The notes under the pieces are model-generated. The model saw only the letters and a program-made list of their open reading frames with translations. It was not told the origin of the DNA and made no database searches. A DNA stretch of 63,281 bases, the filler included, from Octopus bimaculoides (lineage: Eukaryota), in the NCBI RefSeq assembly GCF_001194135.2. It is 5 parts of 5 records of this genome, joined end to end, with 100 filler letters (N's around TTAATTAATTAA, not from the genome) between each part and the next. Parts side by side here need not be neighbours in the genome. Positions count along the whole stretch, not along the records: positions 1 to 30,899 come from NC_068987.1; positions 31,000 to 49,926 come from NC_068988.1; 3 more parts are not named here. One strand, written 5' to 3'. The translations under genes were made by a program, and so were the position numbers. Positions 24,682 to 38,339 of this stretch are shown in pieces (within the stretch, counting starts at the first letter, position 1; each line of letters opens with the position of its first letter).

Positions 24682-24745
24682 CTCTCTCTGCCTCTCTCTC
24701 TCTCTGCATCTCTCTCTCTGCCTCTCTCTCTCTCCCTATATATAN
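24307..24745. repeat. (TATC)n, (TA)n and (CT)n microsatellite cluster
   Basis: Directly visible. Confidence 0.9.
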
Positions 24746-26935
24746 NNNNNNNNNNNNNNNNNNNNNNNNNNNNNNNNNNNNNNNNNNNNNNNNNNNNNNN
24801 NNNNNNNNNNNNNNNNNNNNNNNNNNNNNNNNNNNNNNNNNNNNNNNNNNNNNNNNNNNNNNNNNNNNNNNNNNNNNNNNNNNNNNNNNNNNNNNNNNNN
24901 NNNNNNNNNNNNNNNNNNNNNNNNNNNNNNNNNNNNNNNNNNNNNNNNNNNNNNNNNNNNNNNNNNNNNNNNNNNNNNNNNNATATATATGTGTGTATGT
25001 GCATATACACATGCGTTTGTATAGAGAAATGCGTGAAATCATGTTTACAGCTAGGTAACCAAGAACGATTGACGGATACCTACATAATTACATGTATATA
25101 AGGAACCATATGTGCAGTCATATGTGCAGTGAATAATAATGCAGTATTATCAAGCAGCATATTACATGCCGGTGCACGAATCAATATATGCATTAATGTC
25201 ATTATTATTCAATACAAACGCGTCGCCTGGGATATTTATGCGTAAGAAACCTGGCAGAATGACGGTTCTTAGACAACAATTAAGAATATCTTTGGATGAA
25301 TTACATTGTTATACAAAAGCGAAAAAGTGCGAATCTGTAGCAATATTTCGATTCATCTCAACAATACATTTGAAATGATATTTAGAGAAGAGATAATTTA
25401 TGTAAAAGGAAAATTATTAGAAACTGAAATTTTATTTGAAATTCCTGTGAAAAAGTATAAAATGAACTTTGATGTATTAATTAGGAGATATGTAATTGGG
25501 ACGAATAGATAAAGATTAAAAAATTATGAAACGACAGTGTAAACTTTATATCTCCTAAAAAAGAAATTAAAACATTTCTTTCTTTGGACAAAACTAGAAA
25601 TATATTAAGTAAAGGAGAAGTGTAAGAATGAAACAATAACAAGGGATCATTATACAGAAGGGCTCAAAGCAAAAGAGAAAAACTCTTGAACTTACGGCGA
25701 AACTGTGGGACCTGACGTTTTACAAGTATTTGCTGCGTGTAAAAATTTACGCAGCTATCGCTAGAAAAAGAAAAGGAAGCTTATAAGAACGTTAAAATAC
25801 CTTTAATAATAAAGCTTAAATGTTTGAAAAATCGTCTGCTCAATATAGATATGTTATATGCATTTGTACAGGTCGGGACTTATTCAAATACATATATAAG
25901 TGCATGAACAGGTGGATATGTGTATACGCATATATGTGTGCATGTACGAAATGCAAATAATATAGGAAAGAAAAAAATAGACATAGGACTATAATGTGAG
26001 ATTTTCTAGTATATTGAAAACTCGTTACGATCTAGACAAACTGATATCATTTTCAGATGAAGCACCACAATGAACATAAACTCTTTCGAATAAGTTTGGC
26101 AAGAAATATTATGTTGAGCAGTGTTGCACCATCTATCATGCTTGTGCATCATTGTCGAACTTCCGCTGCTGCATCTTTGTGTTGCATTACACTAGGTGAA
26201 GCTTAAAACACCGAGAGGGAATGTTTTTCCTTTCCTGCAGTGATGAGTTTATAGTGTTTGTTATCTCTAGTTTATTACACCCTGAAAAAATTAAGCCTTT
26301 ATTTAAAAGATCTAATCTAATCCGTTTTTTAAAAAATAGTTGGTAATGTGTATCATAATTGATTTATGGACGCTGATGAAGTGTGTCAAGTGTATGTATA
26401 TATGTATATATATATATACATATATATATGCAGATAGATAGATATACATATAAATATATATATACAGATATATATATATATATATATANNNNNNNNNNNN
26501 NNNNNNNNNNNNNNNNNNNNNNNNNNNNNNNNNNNNNNNNNNNNNNNNNNNNNNNNNNNNNNNNNNNNNNNNNNNNNNNNNNNNNNNNNNNNNNNNNNNN
26601 NNNNNNNNNNNNNNNNNNNNNNNNNNNNNNNNNNNNNNNNNNNNNNNNNNNATATATACACACTCTTACACTTAATACACACACTCACACATATATTCTC
26701 TTCTCTCTCTTTATGAGTATAGTGTCAAATAAAAATAATCGGATGAATACAACAGATGTATAGATAGATATAGATATGTAGATAATCAAACAAGTTCAAT
26801 TAGAATGTCTTCAACTCACAAGAGGAGACTATGATTTTCACGGCAGAATGCAATAGTTTGGTAACAACTTGCATGATATTTCGTTTACACGTAGCTTTAT
26901 AAGTTCTCTACTAAATGGGCACTAATGCACATACA

Positions 26936-26975
<40 letters not shown>

Positions 26976-27029
26976 AACACAGAAACAGACACACCTGTAT
27001 ATATAAGTGTGTGTGTTTGTGTGTATACT

Positions 27030-27198
<169 letters not shown>

Positions 27199-29284
27199 CA
27201 ACTATATAGAATTATCGAATTACATAACACAAATTAACAACGGTGTGCTGCTGCCGAGGTTGTAAAGGCATCCACTGATTAGACAACAATGCAATCTGAG
27301 GTTGCATCATGACATTAACTTACCAGAATGTCTCCTAAAATCATTAGGCAACATTGAAATACATTAATTACATTTTGATAGCAGTCTTCAGAAAGATTCC
27401 TCTTTAACATTTTAAACAATATCGCTAGCTATTGTGTCTGAATGACGCTAATGCATTCAGCAAATGATGTCATTGAATATTTGTGGTGAGGAGCGGGGCG
27501 GTAGAAGAGTGATGGCTCTCTTTGTAAATTTACTGGTAATCAAACATTGAATATTCAAAACACGCCATCAAGATGTAGGCCTCTCTTACTAAGAGGTAAG
27601 TCATTTAACTGAATGTTCGTAAATTGAATTTTGGAGTACTGAAATGTGGAAAATATTGTGTAATAACATAATTAAAAAAAAGAGAGAAATAATTCAAAAG
27701 AAAATACGAATTAATAATTTAAATGATGAGGTGTAATGAAATCTTCTGACAAATAAAAGAAACAGCGCTACGAGAGTGGAGGTGAGAAAGACATGCAACA
27801 ATTTGCGCACCTTCTGTAGGAAATTTACGAATGTATATTGGGAATGTGATAGTGGGCGTTAGTTACGTATTTGGGTGAATATACAACGATGGACAGATAT
27901 ATAGAGACACACATACACACAAATGTTATAGGTGCATTACATACATACATACGAACATGCACACACACACACATATACATACATATGTATATATATATAT
28001 ATATATATATNNNNNNNNNNTCTGGTGCGCATTCTTTTCATTTAGGAAGAGGTTTCGTTTTTGCGTTTTTCGAGGTCAAAATCCACCTATTTCTCAGTTC
28101 CGCCTTTATAATTCCCATTCACGGTGAATATTGATGTCCATGAAATTGAATAAAACTTTCGTACATTGTAACTTTCGGACAGGATCACATGGATTTGCTG
28201 CATAATTAATTTCCTTTCTTCATAATGATGAATTTTGGAACTCTTTCCTTGTCACTTAATTCTGAACTTGTCTAGATTTCGTTCTTTGATATCAAAGTAA
28301 GACATTGCTTGCCCTGTTTTTTTTTTTTTNNNNNNNNNNTTTTTTTTTTTTTTTTTTTTATAAATACACCCTCTACATTCCTGGGCAACAAAGTTCCTTC
28401 AGTTTATTAACAAATTTAATGTGTGTTGCTAAAATGTATATTTCTTTCCATGCATTACGACCACGCTGTCGATCATTTGTTACGAAATTCCGCCATATCT
28501 AACAATTCTGAGTTTGTGTAACGCTACGTTGCGATAAAACAAGGATAAAATGTGTATAAGAATATAGTGTACAAACATGACCAAACAAACTCAACGAAGC
28601 GTTCACGACGTATAAACACAAATTCTTCCGCACTTTTAAATTCTTCCATAAATCCAAATATAAATTCACTCCCACCACCACCAGGAATGACACTCAAATA
28701 CAAAACTTCATGGTTGTTAACACACCCCTCTGTATCTCTTCTATCAACCTTACCTCAGCATTTTATAAGATAAATGTTGATGCTTTAATATATTTTGAAA
28801 CCTTAACCTAATAAATCCCCTAATATTTTATTCTAACTGTTAATCTTAAAATGAATTTAAATTCAACTGGTTCTCCATTCACGACTACTTACGCACCAAT
28901 AACCTCGTTGCTAAAAATATCTCTACAGCCACTGTTTTTAGCCATAAAACGGACACAAGCACTTACTATTAGATTCCCTCCCCTACAGACTAGAAGAATA
29001 CCACTTGGCACCTACTATTCTCTTTGAAATTCATTTTTTTTTACGGTATCTTCCTTTACCTTCTTCTCCTTCTCCTCCCCTCTCCTTATTTACCCTTATA
29101 TATTTATTTATTTACCTTCTCGGTTATTTTTCTACGCTATATTCTTATACAGTATATTCTTATACACTATATTCATATATACCTTATCTTATCCTTAATG
29201 CTAATCCTTAATTTCCTCCCTCACTCTCTCTCTATTTTTCTTTCTATTTGTTTATTTATTTTTTTCTTTTTACCATTCATATAA

Positions 29285-30000
29285 CGTCTCACCACGTTTT
29301 CCAGCTATGCCCAGATCACGCAGTTTTGTGGCATATCATATCATGATCAACTTTATCAAAAGCGTTTGCAAAGTTAAGTTACATTACGTCCACATTTGAG
29401 TTCTCGAGTAACTGCTACAACACCCACTCATAGTATTGCAGGAGGTGTGCTAGGCAGCCCCTACCTGGTCGAAAACCATGCTGGTTATCACTCAGCAAGT
29501 CGTTTTCTTTCAGAAATGTGATTAGTTTCTCTCTGACTATTCGTTCCATGATTTTGCTGCTATGTGAAGTCAGAGATTAGCTTATAATATTTGGCATCAG
29601 CTCTACTTCCTTCTTTATGGATTGGACATATTATTCCCTCCCTCAGTTTGCTTGGTAGCTTGCCATGCACAAGAAAACTCAGGCAGAGAATATGTTGTGG
29701 TTTTGCCCTGGCACATTTACACGATTTGAGGAGGATTACTGGGAAACCACCAGGGCCAGCAGCTGAGTTTCTGTCCACCTCATCTACCACTGGTATTATA
29801 TCTTCTTCCCCTATGTAGAAGTAACCTATAGTAACTGCCTCACTGGCTGTAGGTGAGGCGGCGAAGAAAACCACTGGTTCGTTCACTTGTCTGCGTACCA
29901 AACGGGTAGCAAACACACGTTTGAATTGGTCTTCAGTACTTCACTGATCCTGGTTGGGTTATCTGTGAAGATGTCTTATTTTTAGAAGTAGGCTTCTACT
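29285..30000 (-). mobile_element. CR1-like LINE ORF2 RT fragment
   Basis: FTDNPTRISEVL, SAAGPGGFPVILLKSCK, GKLPSKLREGIICPIHKEGSRADAKYY, KIMERIVREKLITFLKENDLLSDNQHGFRPGRGCL, NFANAFDKVDH; contains stops and frameshifts. Confidence 0.9.
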
Positions 30001-30866
30001 TTGCTCTGTGTGCATGTGCGCGTGTGTGTGTGTGTGTATGTGTGTGTTTGTGTGTGTATGTGTGTGTATGTGTGTGTGTGTGTGTGTCAATGCATATTGG
30101 TATGTTTATATTAGTATATTTGTCTGCATTAACACATCTGTGCAGAAACTGTAGGGAAAATTTTGAAGAAAATGTTTCGTCTAGTGTATATAATGAACAC
30201 TTTTACAACGTTTACATATCAGAATAAACTTATATATTCTTATTAACTTATATCATATTAGATGATTATATTACGCAAATAATAGAGAATATTTTATAAT
30301 GAAAGCGAGAGAAACCTAGATAGATAAAGACAAAATGTGTTATAAATAGTAAAATAATATTTGAGGCAAAGCAAGTTATTGATTCTATTTGTGATAACAT
30401 TATATGGATTCACTTCTGGCTTTGTTATGACGAAATATTTTTTTTTAATAGGAAAAGTACTAGAACAAATATAGTTAGAAAGAAAGAATTAATTTTATAT
30501 AAGAATAATCAAGTCACTACGGGCAGAATATCAAACTTAATTTGTTCAGACAGCTGGGATATCTGGGGCAGTATGATCATCATCATCATCAGCAGCAATT
30601 GTTTTCGTTGTCCTAGTCGTCCACGTCATTATCATCAACATCATGTTCCTTTAGTTTTAACTTTTATCAATATTCTTATGTTTTATTCATATGCTCTGTA
30701 GCAATGTGTAAAATTGTGTAAAAACACTGTGTAAAAACACACAGTAAATTGCTTATTTGCAATGCTGAGACACAATCCGCTGTTTCGTACTCTTGCATTA
30801 CTGTGTAGAGAAATAGCATACAATAAACTACCATTGAGACAAGAAGGTTATTGAGGAAGAAAGAAC

Positions 30867-30899
<33 letters not shown>

Positions 30900-30943
30900 N
30901 NNNNNNNNNNNNNNNNNNNNNNNNNNNNNNNNNNNNNNNNNNN

Positions 30944-30955
30944 TTAATTAATTAA
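30944..30955. other. TTAATTAATTAA spacer inside an N gap (assembly artefact); also at 49971, 53638 and 60541
   Basis: The identical 12-mer, with stops in all six frames, is flanked by Ns four times. Confidence 0.9.
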
Positions 30956-31429
30956 NNNNNNNNNNNNNNNNNNNNNNNNNNNNNNNNNNNNNNNNNNNNG
31001 GGGGGGAGAAATTCATTGCATGCCCAACCCCAGAAGTCACCGCACGCCACTGATATATATATATATATATATATACATGTATATATATATGAATGAACAT
31101 ATTATATATGCACACACACACACACATATATAAATGCCTAAAATTCCAATAGCTAGAAAAAAAGGCATAAAACACACTATTATATTCTTGTAACAGCCAC
31201 TTTACCAAACAGTTTCATACCAGGAGTGGAGATAACCTGGCAATCATCAGAAAAGACTGCAAATAATAGTACGATGTGGGTTCTTTGCTACTGGAAGCCT
31301 TTGTTACATCCAGTCTGCTGGCTTTACAGCTGTGCACGCACACTCATGCATGCATACTCATGTATGTTTGTGTATGTTTCTGTGTTAATAATGTGTTCTT
31401 TTAAATATTTCTTAAGTGATTTANNNNNN

Positions 31430-33287
31430 NNNNCTATCCCATATGTATGCATGTATGTATGTATGTATGTATGCATGAATGCATGTATGTATGCATTTAT
31501 GTATGTATGTATGTATGTATGTATGTGTATGTATGTATTTATGTATCAATTATTTGAAGTCTCCTTGTTAGGAAAGAGCTGGTTTTTAACATAGAAAACT
31601 CCATAGTTGGCATGTAAATAAAACAATGTCACATTTTGAACTTGAGAAAAGTCTTGCATAATTTTACCATTCCACTAATAGATTGTGTTTGTAATGTACA
31701 TATTAGGTAGTTGATTTCTTTTTCTGGAAACCTTAGTTTTTCCAGATTGTCACTTAAGCACTTATTAACATAACCAAGTGCATCATTTATTATTATTGGT
31801 ATAAATGTAAATCTGTGATTTGGGTATAGAAGCTGGATGTCCATAGTTATCCTCTTACTCTTTGATTTTCAAAGAGAAATTTGCATCAGTAGGGTAGATC
31901 ATACAGACTATTTTGTCTATCCTAAATAATGATAATCTGGTTTGCTATGTTTGCACTTGGTGGAGGTTTTGATGAGAATGTTCCACTATTGTTCCTTGTG
32001 TTGATGTTTATGTATATATTCAATAACAGAGGCTCTTTATATTTATTCTAGTCTTCTTTTGATTTGGATGGCATTGTATATTATTTCAGTGACATCATTT
32101 CTCATTGGCAGATATTAATTTGACATATTTTTAGTAGCTGCTGATCTTCAACAGAAATGTGACATAATCAACATTTTCTGTTCCCAAGAAACCCCAAGAG
32201 CTTCACTGTATCTTTCACTTATTAGGCATGTAGAAATATTTTGCTCTTGGATGGCAAATACAGTTTTGAAAATACAGTTTCTGAAGTGTGATATGATGTA
32301 GTGGTCAGGAGTCAAAGAAAGGCTGCACTTCATGTTGATTTTACTGTCATCTTCAAGTCTTCAGGAAATATACCCACACATAATCTCTTTTTGGTATTCT
32401 GAGTGTTTACATCCAGGTCTTCTTTGTGGTTATATAGGAGGTTGTCAGGAAGAAAGTGCTTGCTGAGGAGTTCATTACTGACTTGTGGGATGTTATTCTC
32501 TTTGCTTTTCTGCACTAAATTTTGCATTTAAATTTGCTATTGCTGTTTAGCAGGTGCTGTCTGAGAGAGACTATATGACATTTGAAGGTAGCTTGCATTG
32601 ATCTCAAGCTTCCACCTTCTGCATCTCTTCTTAGGTAGAGACTTTTGATATTACTGTTTCTGTGGAAGTTTCCGGTTGATGTCAAGATTTTGAGGGTTTT
32701 AGTGTCTATGGGGTGGATTTCTTCTACAGACCTGTCAAGTATTCCAAGTGCTGGAATCAGTACTCATACTGAAAATGCATTGTGGGATATTGTCATGTTG
32801 TAAGAGGAGAGTTCCAACTGCCATATTTTTCTAAGTCTGGTGAAATATTCTCAGGTCACTCTATCTTTAATCACAGATCCATCATATGATATGTTTTCAT
32901 CAATGTCTAGACATTTGTAGCATTTTTTGTGCAGATCTGAAGAGATAAATTTTGGGTTTGGGGACTGATTTTCCCCATTCAACAATCAAATACGCACTTT
33001 TCTTTTGACCAAATTCTATTCTTATGTTAGTTGAAAGTGTGATTAAATCCATCTGTTTTGGAGCATTGTAAATATTTTTAATATAAGTCTTCAGATCATC
33101 CATAAAGAAAATATGGGTTGGTAGCTCTAGTAGTTGGAAACCCTAGCATGTATCCATTGGATTTTTATAACACAACATATTCAATACCAAAGATAAATAG
33201 AATTACAGAAATTCTATCTCCTTGGAATATTTCCTTCAAAATGTTTATAACATCAGGGATGATTGTTCTGTTCTCACTTATAAGTGT
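31430..33287 (-). mobile_element. R4/Dong-like LINE, internally deleted, ending in (CATA)n
   Basis: KEIFQGDRISVILF, MDDLKTY, VFAIQEQNIS, and C-terminal YPNHRFTFIPIII..ALGYV...QSISGMVKLCKTFLKF. The 5' side runs into the gap. Confidence 0.85.
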
Positions 33288-33823
33288 NNNNNNNNNNNNN
33301 NNNNNNNNNNNNNNNNNNNNNNNNNNNNNNNNNNNNNNNNNNNNNNNNNNNNNNNNNNNNNNNNNNNNNNNNNNNNNNNNNNNNNNNNNNNNNNNNNNNN
33401 NNNNNNNNNNNNNNNNNNNNNNNNNNNNNNNNNNNNNNNNNNNNNNNNNNNNNNNNNNNNNNNNNNNNNNNNNNNNNNNNNNNNNNNNNNNNNNNNNNNN
33501 NNNNNNNNNNNNNNNNNNNNNNNNNNNNNNNNNNNNNNNNNNNNNNNNNNNNNNNNNNNNNNNNNNNNNNNNNNNNNNNNNNNNNNNNNNNNNNNNNNNN
33601 NNNNNNNNNNNNNNNNNNNNNNNNNNNNNNNNNNNNNNNNNNNNNNNNNNNNNNNNNNNNNNNNNNNNNNNNNNNNNNNNNNNNNNNNNNNNNNNNNNNN
33701 NNNNNNNNNNNNNNNNNNNNNNNNNNNNNNNNNNNNNNNNNNNNNNNNNNNNNNNNNNNNNNNNNNNNNNNNNNNNNNNNNNNNNNNNNNNNNNNNNNNN
33801 NNNNNNNNNNNNNNNNNNNNNNN

Positions 33824-34290
33824 GCTGGAGCACCGTCTTTAGTCGAGCAAATCGACCCCAGGACTTATTCTTTGTAAGCCTAGTACTTATTCTATCGGTC
33901 TCCTTTGTCGAACCGCTAAGTTACAGGGACGTAAACACACCAGCATTGGTTGTCAAGCGATGTTGGGGGGAAAAACACAGACACATAAACACACATATAT
34001 ATATATACATTGGGCTGCTTTCAGTTTCCGTCTACCAAATCCGCTCACAAGGCTTTGGTCAGCCCGAGGTTATAGTAGAAGACACATGCCCAAGGTGCCA
34101 CACAGTGGGACTGAACCCAGAACCATGTGGGTGGTAAGTAAGCTACTTACCACAGAGTCACTCCTGCTATCGGTCACTTTTGCCAAACCGCTAAGTTACG
34201 GAGATGTAAACACACCAGCATCGGTTGTCAAACAATGTTGAGGGGGACAAACACAGACACACAAACATATACACATACATACATATATAA
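33824..34290 (-). mobile_element. tRNA/CORE-like SINE (33824-34155) plus a partial second copy (34160-34290)
   Basis: Minus-strand head CTGTGTGGTAAG...GGGTTCAGTCCCACTGTGTGGCACCTTGGGCATGTGTCTT (A/B boxes plus MIR-core-like CCTTGGGCA), an internal microsatellite and the GGCGGTGCTCCAGC tail region. Confidence 0.8.
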
Positions 34291-34364
34291 ATAAAAGTAT
34301 GAGTTAAGGAACTACCTTGGCATAAAGTGAGAGAGAAGTATATAGTGGTATTATGTTAGTATTC

Positions 34365-34740
34365 TTTTACTTGTTTCAGTCATTTGACTGAGGCCATGCT
34401 GGAGCACCACCTTTAGTCGAACAAATCGACCCCAGGACTTATTCTTTGAAAGCCTAGTGCTTATTCTATCGGTCACTTTTGCAGAACTGCTAATTTACGG
34501 GGATGTAAACACACCACCATCAGTTTCAAGCGATGTTGGGGGGACAAGCACAGACACACAAACATATACACACACGTATACATATATACGACGGGCTTCT
34601 TTCAGTTTCTATCAACCAAATCCACTCACAAGGCTTTGGTCGGCCCAAGGCTATAGTAGAAGACGCATGCCCAAGGTGCCACACAGTGGGACTGAACCCA
34701 GAACCATGTGGTTTGTAAGCAAGCTACTTACCACACAGCC
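34365..34740 (-). mobile_element. tRNA/CORE-like SINE, full-length copy
   Basis: Collinear with 33824-34155 over its whole length. Confidence 0.85.
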
Positions 34741-34764
34741 ACTCCTATGCCTAATGTATGTATG

Positions 34765-37700
34765 TTTGTATGTCATTATTTAGTTTATTTCAAGATTTTT
34801 TGCTCATAGAGAAAGAACTGATTTCTAACCTAGATCCAAGGCTCCTTTATTGGAATTTCAACATCAACAACAGAGTATTTTTGTTTGTATGTATGTATGT
34901 ATGAATGTATGTATGTATGTGCAGATTTTTATGTTTTATGTATGTATTATCATGCATATAGTTGCATATCTAGACATGCTCATATATATTTAAATGATAA
35001 ACTTCTGGAAAGTTTTACAGATTTTTACAGTTCCAGTGATGGATTGGATCTGTATTCTTTGAATTAGCTTTCCCCTTTCTGGTTTTGAGAAGCTTAATTT
35101 TTCAAGATTGATATTTAGGCAGTGTGTTACATATCCCTGGGCCTCAATAATTATAAGTATAAACTTGAACTTGTAATCTGGATAGAGTAACTGCAGATTT
35201 CTCAATAGTTCAGCATAGGTGTTCTCTTTTTCACTGATCTTCAGCTTCATGTTAACATCTGCTTGGCAGCTAATTTCCACAACTGTGCACAGTTTTTCTT
35301 CTCTATCCCAAATCATTATATCAGGTCTGTCGTGCTTATATTTTATTGAGGTTTTAACTGGTATATTCCACCAGTATTTCTTTTTATGAGTGGCCTATGG
35401 CTTATACCATATTGTGTGTTCTTATTTCTTTGTCCTCGGGATTATCCTTCTGATGGATTTCATTATAGAGTGTCCTACATACATACAAACAAACAAACAA
35501 ACAAAAATACCCTGTTGTTGATGTTGAAATTCCAATGTCTCATTGGTAGATAATACCATGTTGACATTTTCAGACAACTGCTTATGATGTGCATGATATT
35601 TTTACTGTGAACTCCACAAAGTCTGCATCAGTTGTCACATAGAGATGCTTTTCCTGCATCTCTATCCCTTTTGTGCATCAGGTACTTAGTTGATATTTCC
35701 TGTTCCTGGATTGCAAATGCATACCTTTCAAAGTGGGAGGTAGTAATCTGGCTCTTAGTCCATAATAAACTGCTCTGACGATCGATATTACTATCATCAC
35801 AGAGCTTTCTACTGACATATCCATGCATAATCTTCTGCTCATACAGGCTCATCTTTTCATCTGATGATACAGTGCAGCTGAGTCATGCGACTTCTTTGGG
35901 CATGTATTCTAGGTTATCAGACAAAAAGTGCCTTCCAAATCTTATGATGTTATCAGCCTCATATATGCAAACTTGGTCAAGGGATGCACTTCGACACTTG
36001 GTGGTTAGAAGATGTTGCCAAAGGGATATGATGTGACATTCAAAGGCATTTTGGATTAATATTAACCTCTGCTGCCTTGTTTTCGTTTTAGATACAGGTG
36101 GTCTATGTCACTGTTTATGTGGAAATTATGTGTGCTTGTTAGTATTTTTCGGGTTTTCACATGAATGGCTCGAATCTCATCAAGTATCCAATCAAGCAGA
36201 CCAAATGTTGGTATGAAACACATTGAGGGCCACTGTTTTATTGAATTCAGAGAGTTCTGAGGTTCAACTTTTCTTTATTTGGCTATAATATTCTTTAGTG
36301 ACACGTGTTTTGTTACAGGTGCCATTGTAAGATATATTTTCATCCGCCCCTACATACCTGTAACATTGTTCATCAGATGCAGGGGAAACAGTCAAATCAT
36401 TGATGGAGATGTTTCTAGTCTGGTTTCTAGTTTTCCTCCTTTTCACAACCATATAACATTTATCCTGATCAAACTCCAACCCAACATCCTTTGAGAATGT
36501 TGTAACTAGGTCAAGGCTCTTTTTCATCTCATGCATATTCTTTGCATAAAGTTTCAAGTCGTCCACAAAGAATACGTGTGTAATTTTGTTATTTCTGTTT
36601 CCTTGTGAACCAATGAGATATCCTTCAGACTTCCTTAACATGAATGACAAGGGGTTTACAGAAAGTATAAACAACATCACAGAGAGGCTGTCTCCTTGGA
36701 ATATGCCTTTGTGATACTGTATTCTATCGGTGATAATACAGCCACTCTTTGTGTTTAATTTCAAGATGGTGGCCCATGATTAAGTCAGGTCAGCTATGGT
36801 TTTAACTATTCTCACTGGAACTTTAGCAAGTTGAAGGGCTTTTAACATCTATGAGTGGGGAACAGAGTCAAAGGCTTTCTTGTAGTCTAACCACATTGAA
36901 ACCAGGTTCCTCCTATGCTCTAGCACCTCTGACATCACAGTTTTATTGATTAACAATTGCTCAGCACACCCCAGACTCCCTTCTTCCCAGCTGCTTGTTC
37001 TGCTGTGAAGATGTTATTGGCTTCACAATGGTCCTGGAGGAAGAGGTTTAAACATGCTGTATATGTCTTATGCATTAAGTTCTGGCATGCAATTGGCTGG
37101 TAGTTTTTTTGCCATGTAGATGGTTCTGCATTTGGGGATAAATTTTGTCTCAGCCAGAGCTAACCAGTGTGGTATGCTATTGTTCCCATTGAAAGCTTGC
37201 TGGTACAGATTGATAAGATATGGTCAGTAGAATGTTAACTTCTTATACCAATATCCAACAATCAAGTTCTTCCAGCTGCTTTTCTGTCCCGGAGTTGTAT
37301 GTCTTGGATGTCATGCAGGAGCAATAACTTTTTCGGATTTCTTCCAGCCACAGAGCATCCTGGTTAAATTCCTTCTCTTCACTTCAGATTTTCCTCTGGA
37401 AGGAGTCTATATTTTCTCATGAAGGAGCTTCCATGATGTTTACTCCTCCTCTCGTGTCTCTATACTGTTGTCTGGTTGTGGTTAAATTTTTTGTTTATTG
37501 TTTCTCTCTCGGTTATTCTCTTCTGATGTCGGAGTTTTTCACTGACAGATTTTAGCTCCTGCTTGAGAGTAATCAGTTTGCAAGTGAGTGTCCCCTTTTT
37601 GCTGTCTTCAAACATCATTTCTATCTCCTTTACTCTCTGTTGGTGGGACATATAGTGATTTGTTTGTTTGCACGCAATAAGCATCATTACATGACTGTTG

Positions 37701-38150
37701 GTTTTCCGTAAACCAGTTATCTTTTTCTCTGTCTTCAAAACCCATGATGGTACTTTCTTTGTTGTTTCGATTTTGCTCACTTTTTGAATGTCATTTATGT
37801 ACTGCTTTGCAGTAGTAGCCAGAACATATAGGCAGGCGTTAATCTGCCAGTATGTGGGTTCACTGTTGTAAATACTCATCACGAATTTTGTTAACAGCTT
37901 TTAATACTGTATCTGGTGGCTTTTTACTTACTTTGGTAGAACATACCCATAGTACCCCAAGATAAAATTTCCTCTGTATTAACATCATAGGTTTTATTAG
38001 CGTCTTGTTCCTTTAACTGGTAATTAACATCATGATTTAGAGTCTTCCTCTACCCAGCCTCTTTTTTTTGGTAGTTACTCTATATCCAATTTACTACTCC
38101 TAATGTCTTCTCTCCCTGAGGAAAAGGGATACATATGACAATATTTATGA
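34765..38150 (-). mobile_element. Near full-length R4/Dong-like LINE (N-terminal region, RT, CCHC knuckle, RLE, 3' UTR, (CATA)n tail); disrupted
   Basis: VPSWVLKTEKKI..LKQELKSVSEKLRHQK; WLDYKKAFDSVPH; KGIFQGDSLSVMLF; FFVDDLKLY; YAFAIQEQEI; CRLC..HIISSC; PDIMIWDREEKLCTVVEISC..KENTY; TGTVKICKTFQKF. Many frameshifts; the 5' boundary is approximate. Confidence 0.92.
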
Positions 38151-38339
38151 CCATACTTTGCCATGAGCTGTCAACTCACTCTTGTTCTTCATTCTAAACA
38201 GACATAGTCCACTAGTCTTAGATTTAGTAGTTGATAAAATGACAAATAAGTTAGACATGAACCACAATCCTTTACAAGCTATGACTCCAGTGGGCTTCAT
38301 GCCATTCTTGACTGTCCGTTAGCAGAACAGTCCACAACT

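Noticed and set aside
30944-30955. Recurrent TTAATTAATTAA motif
   Set aside because: It is always embedded in Ns, so it is an assembly spacer and not biology.
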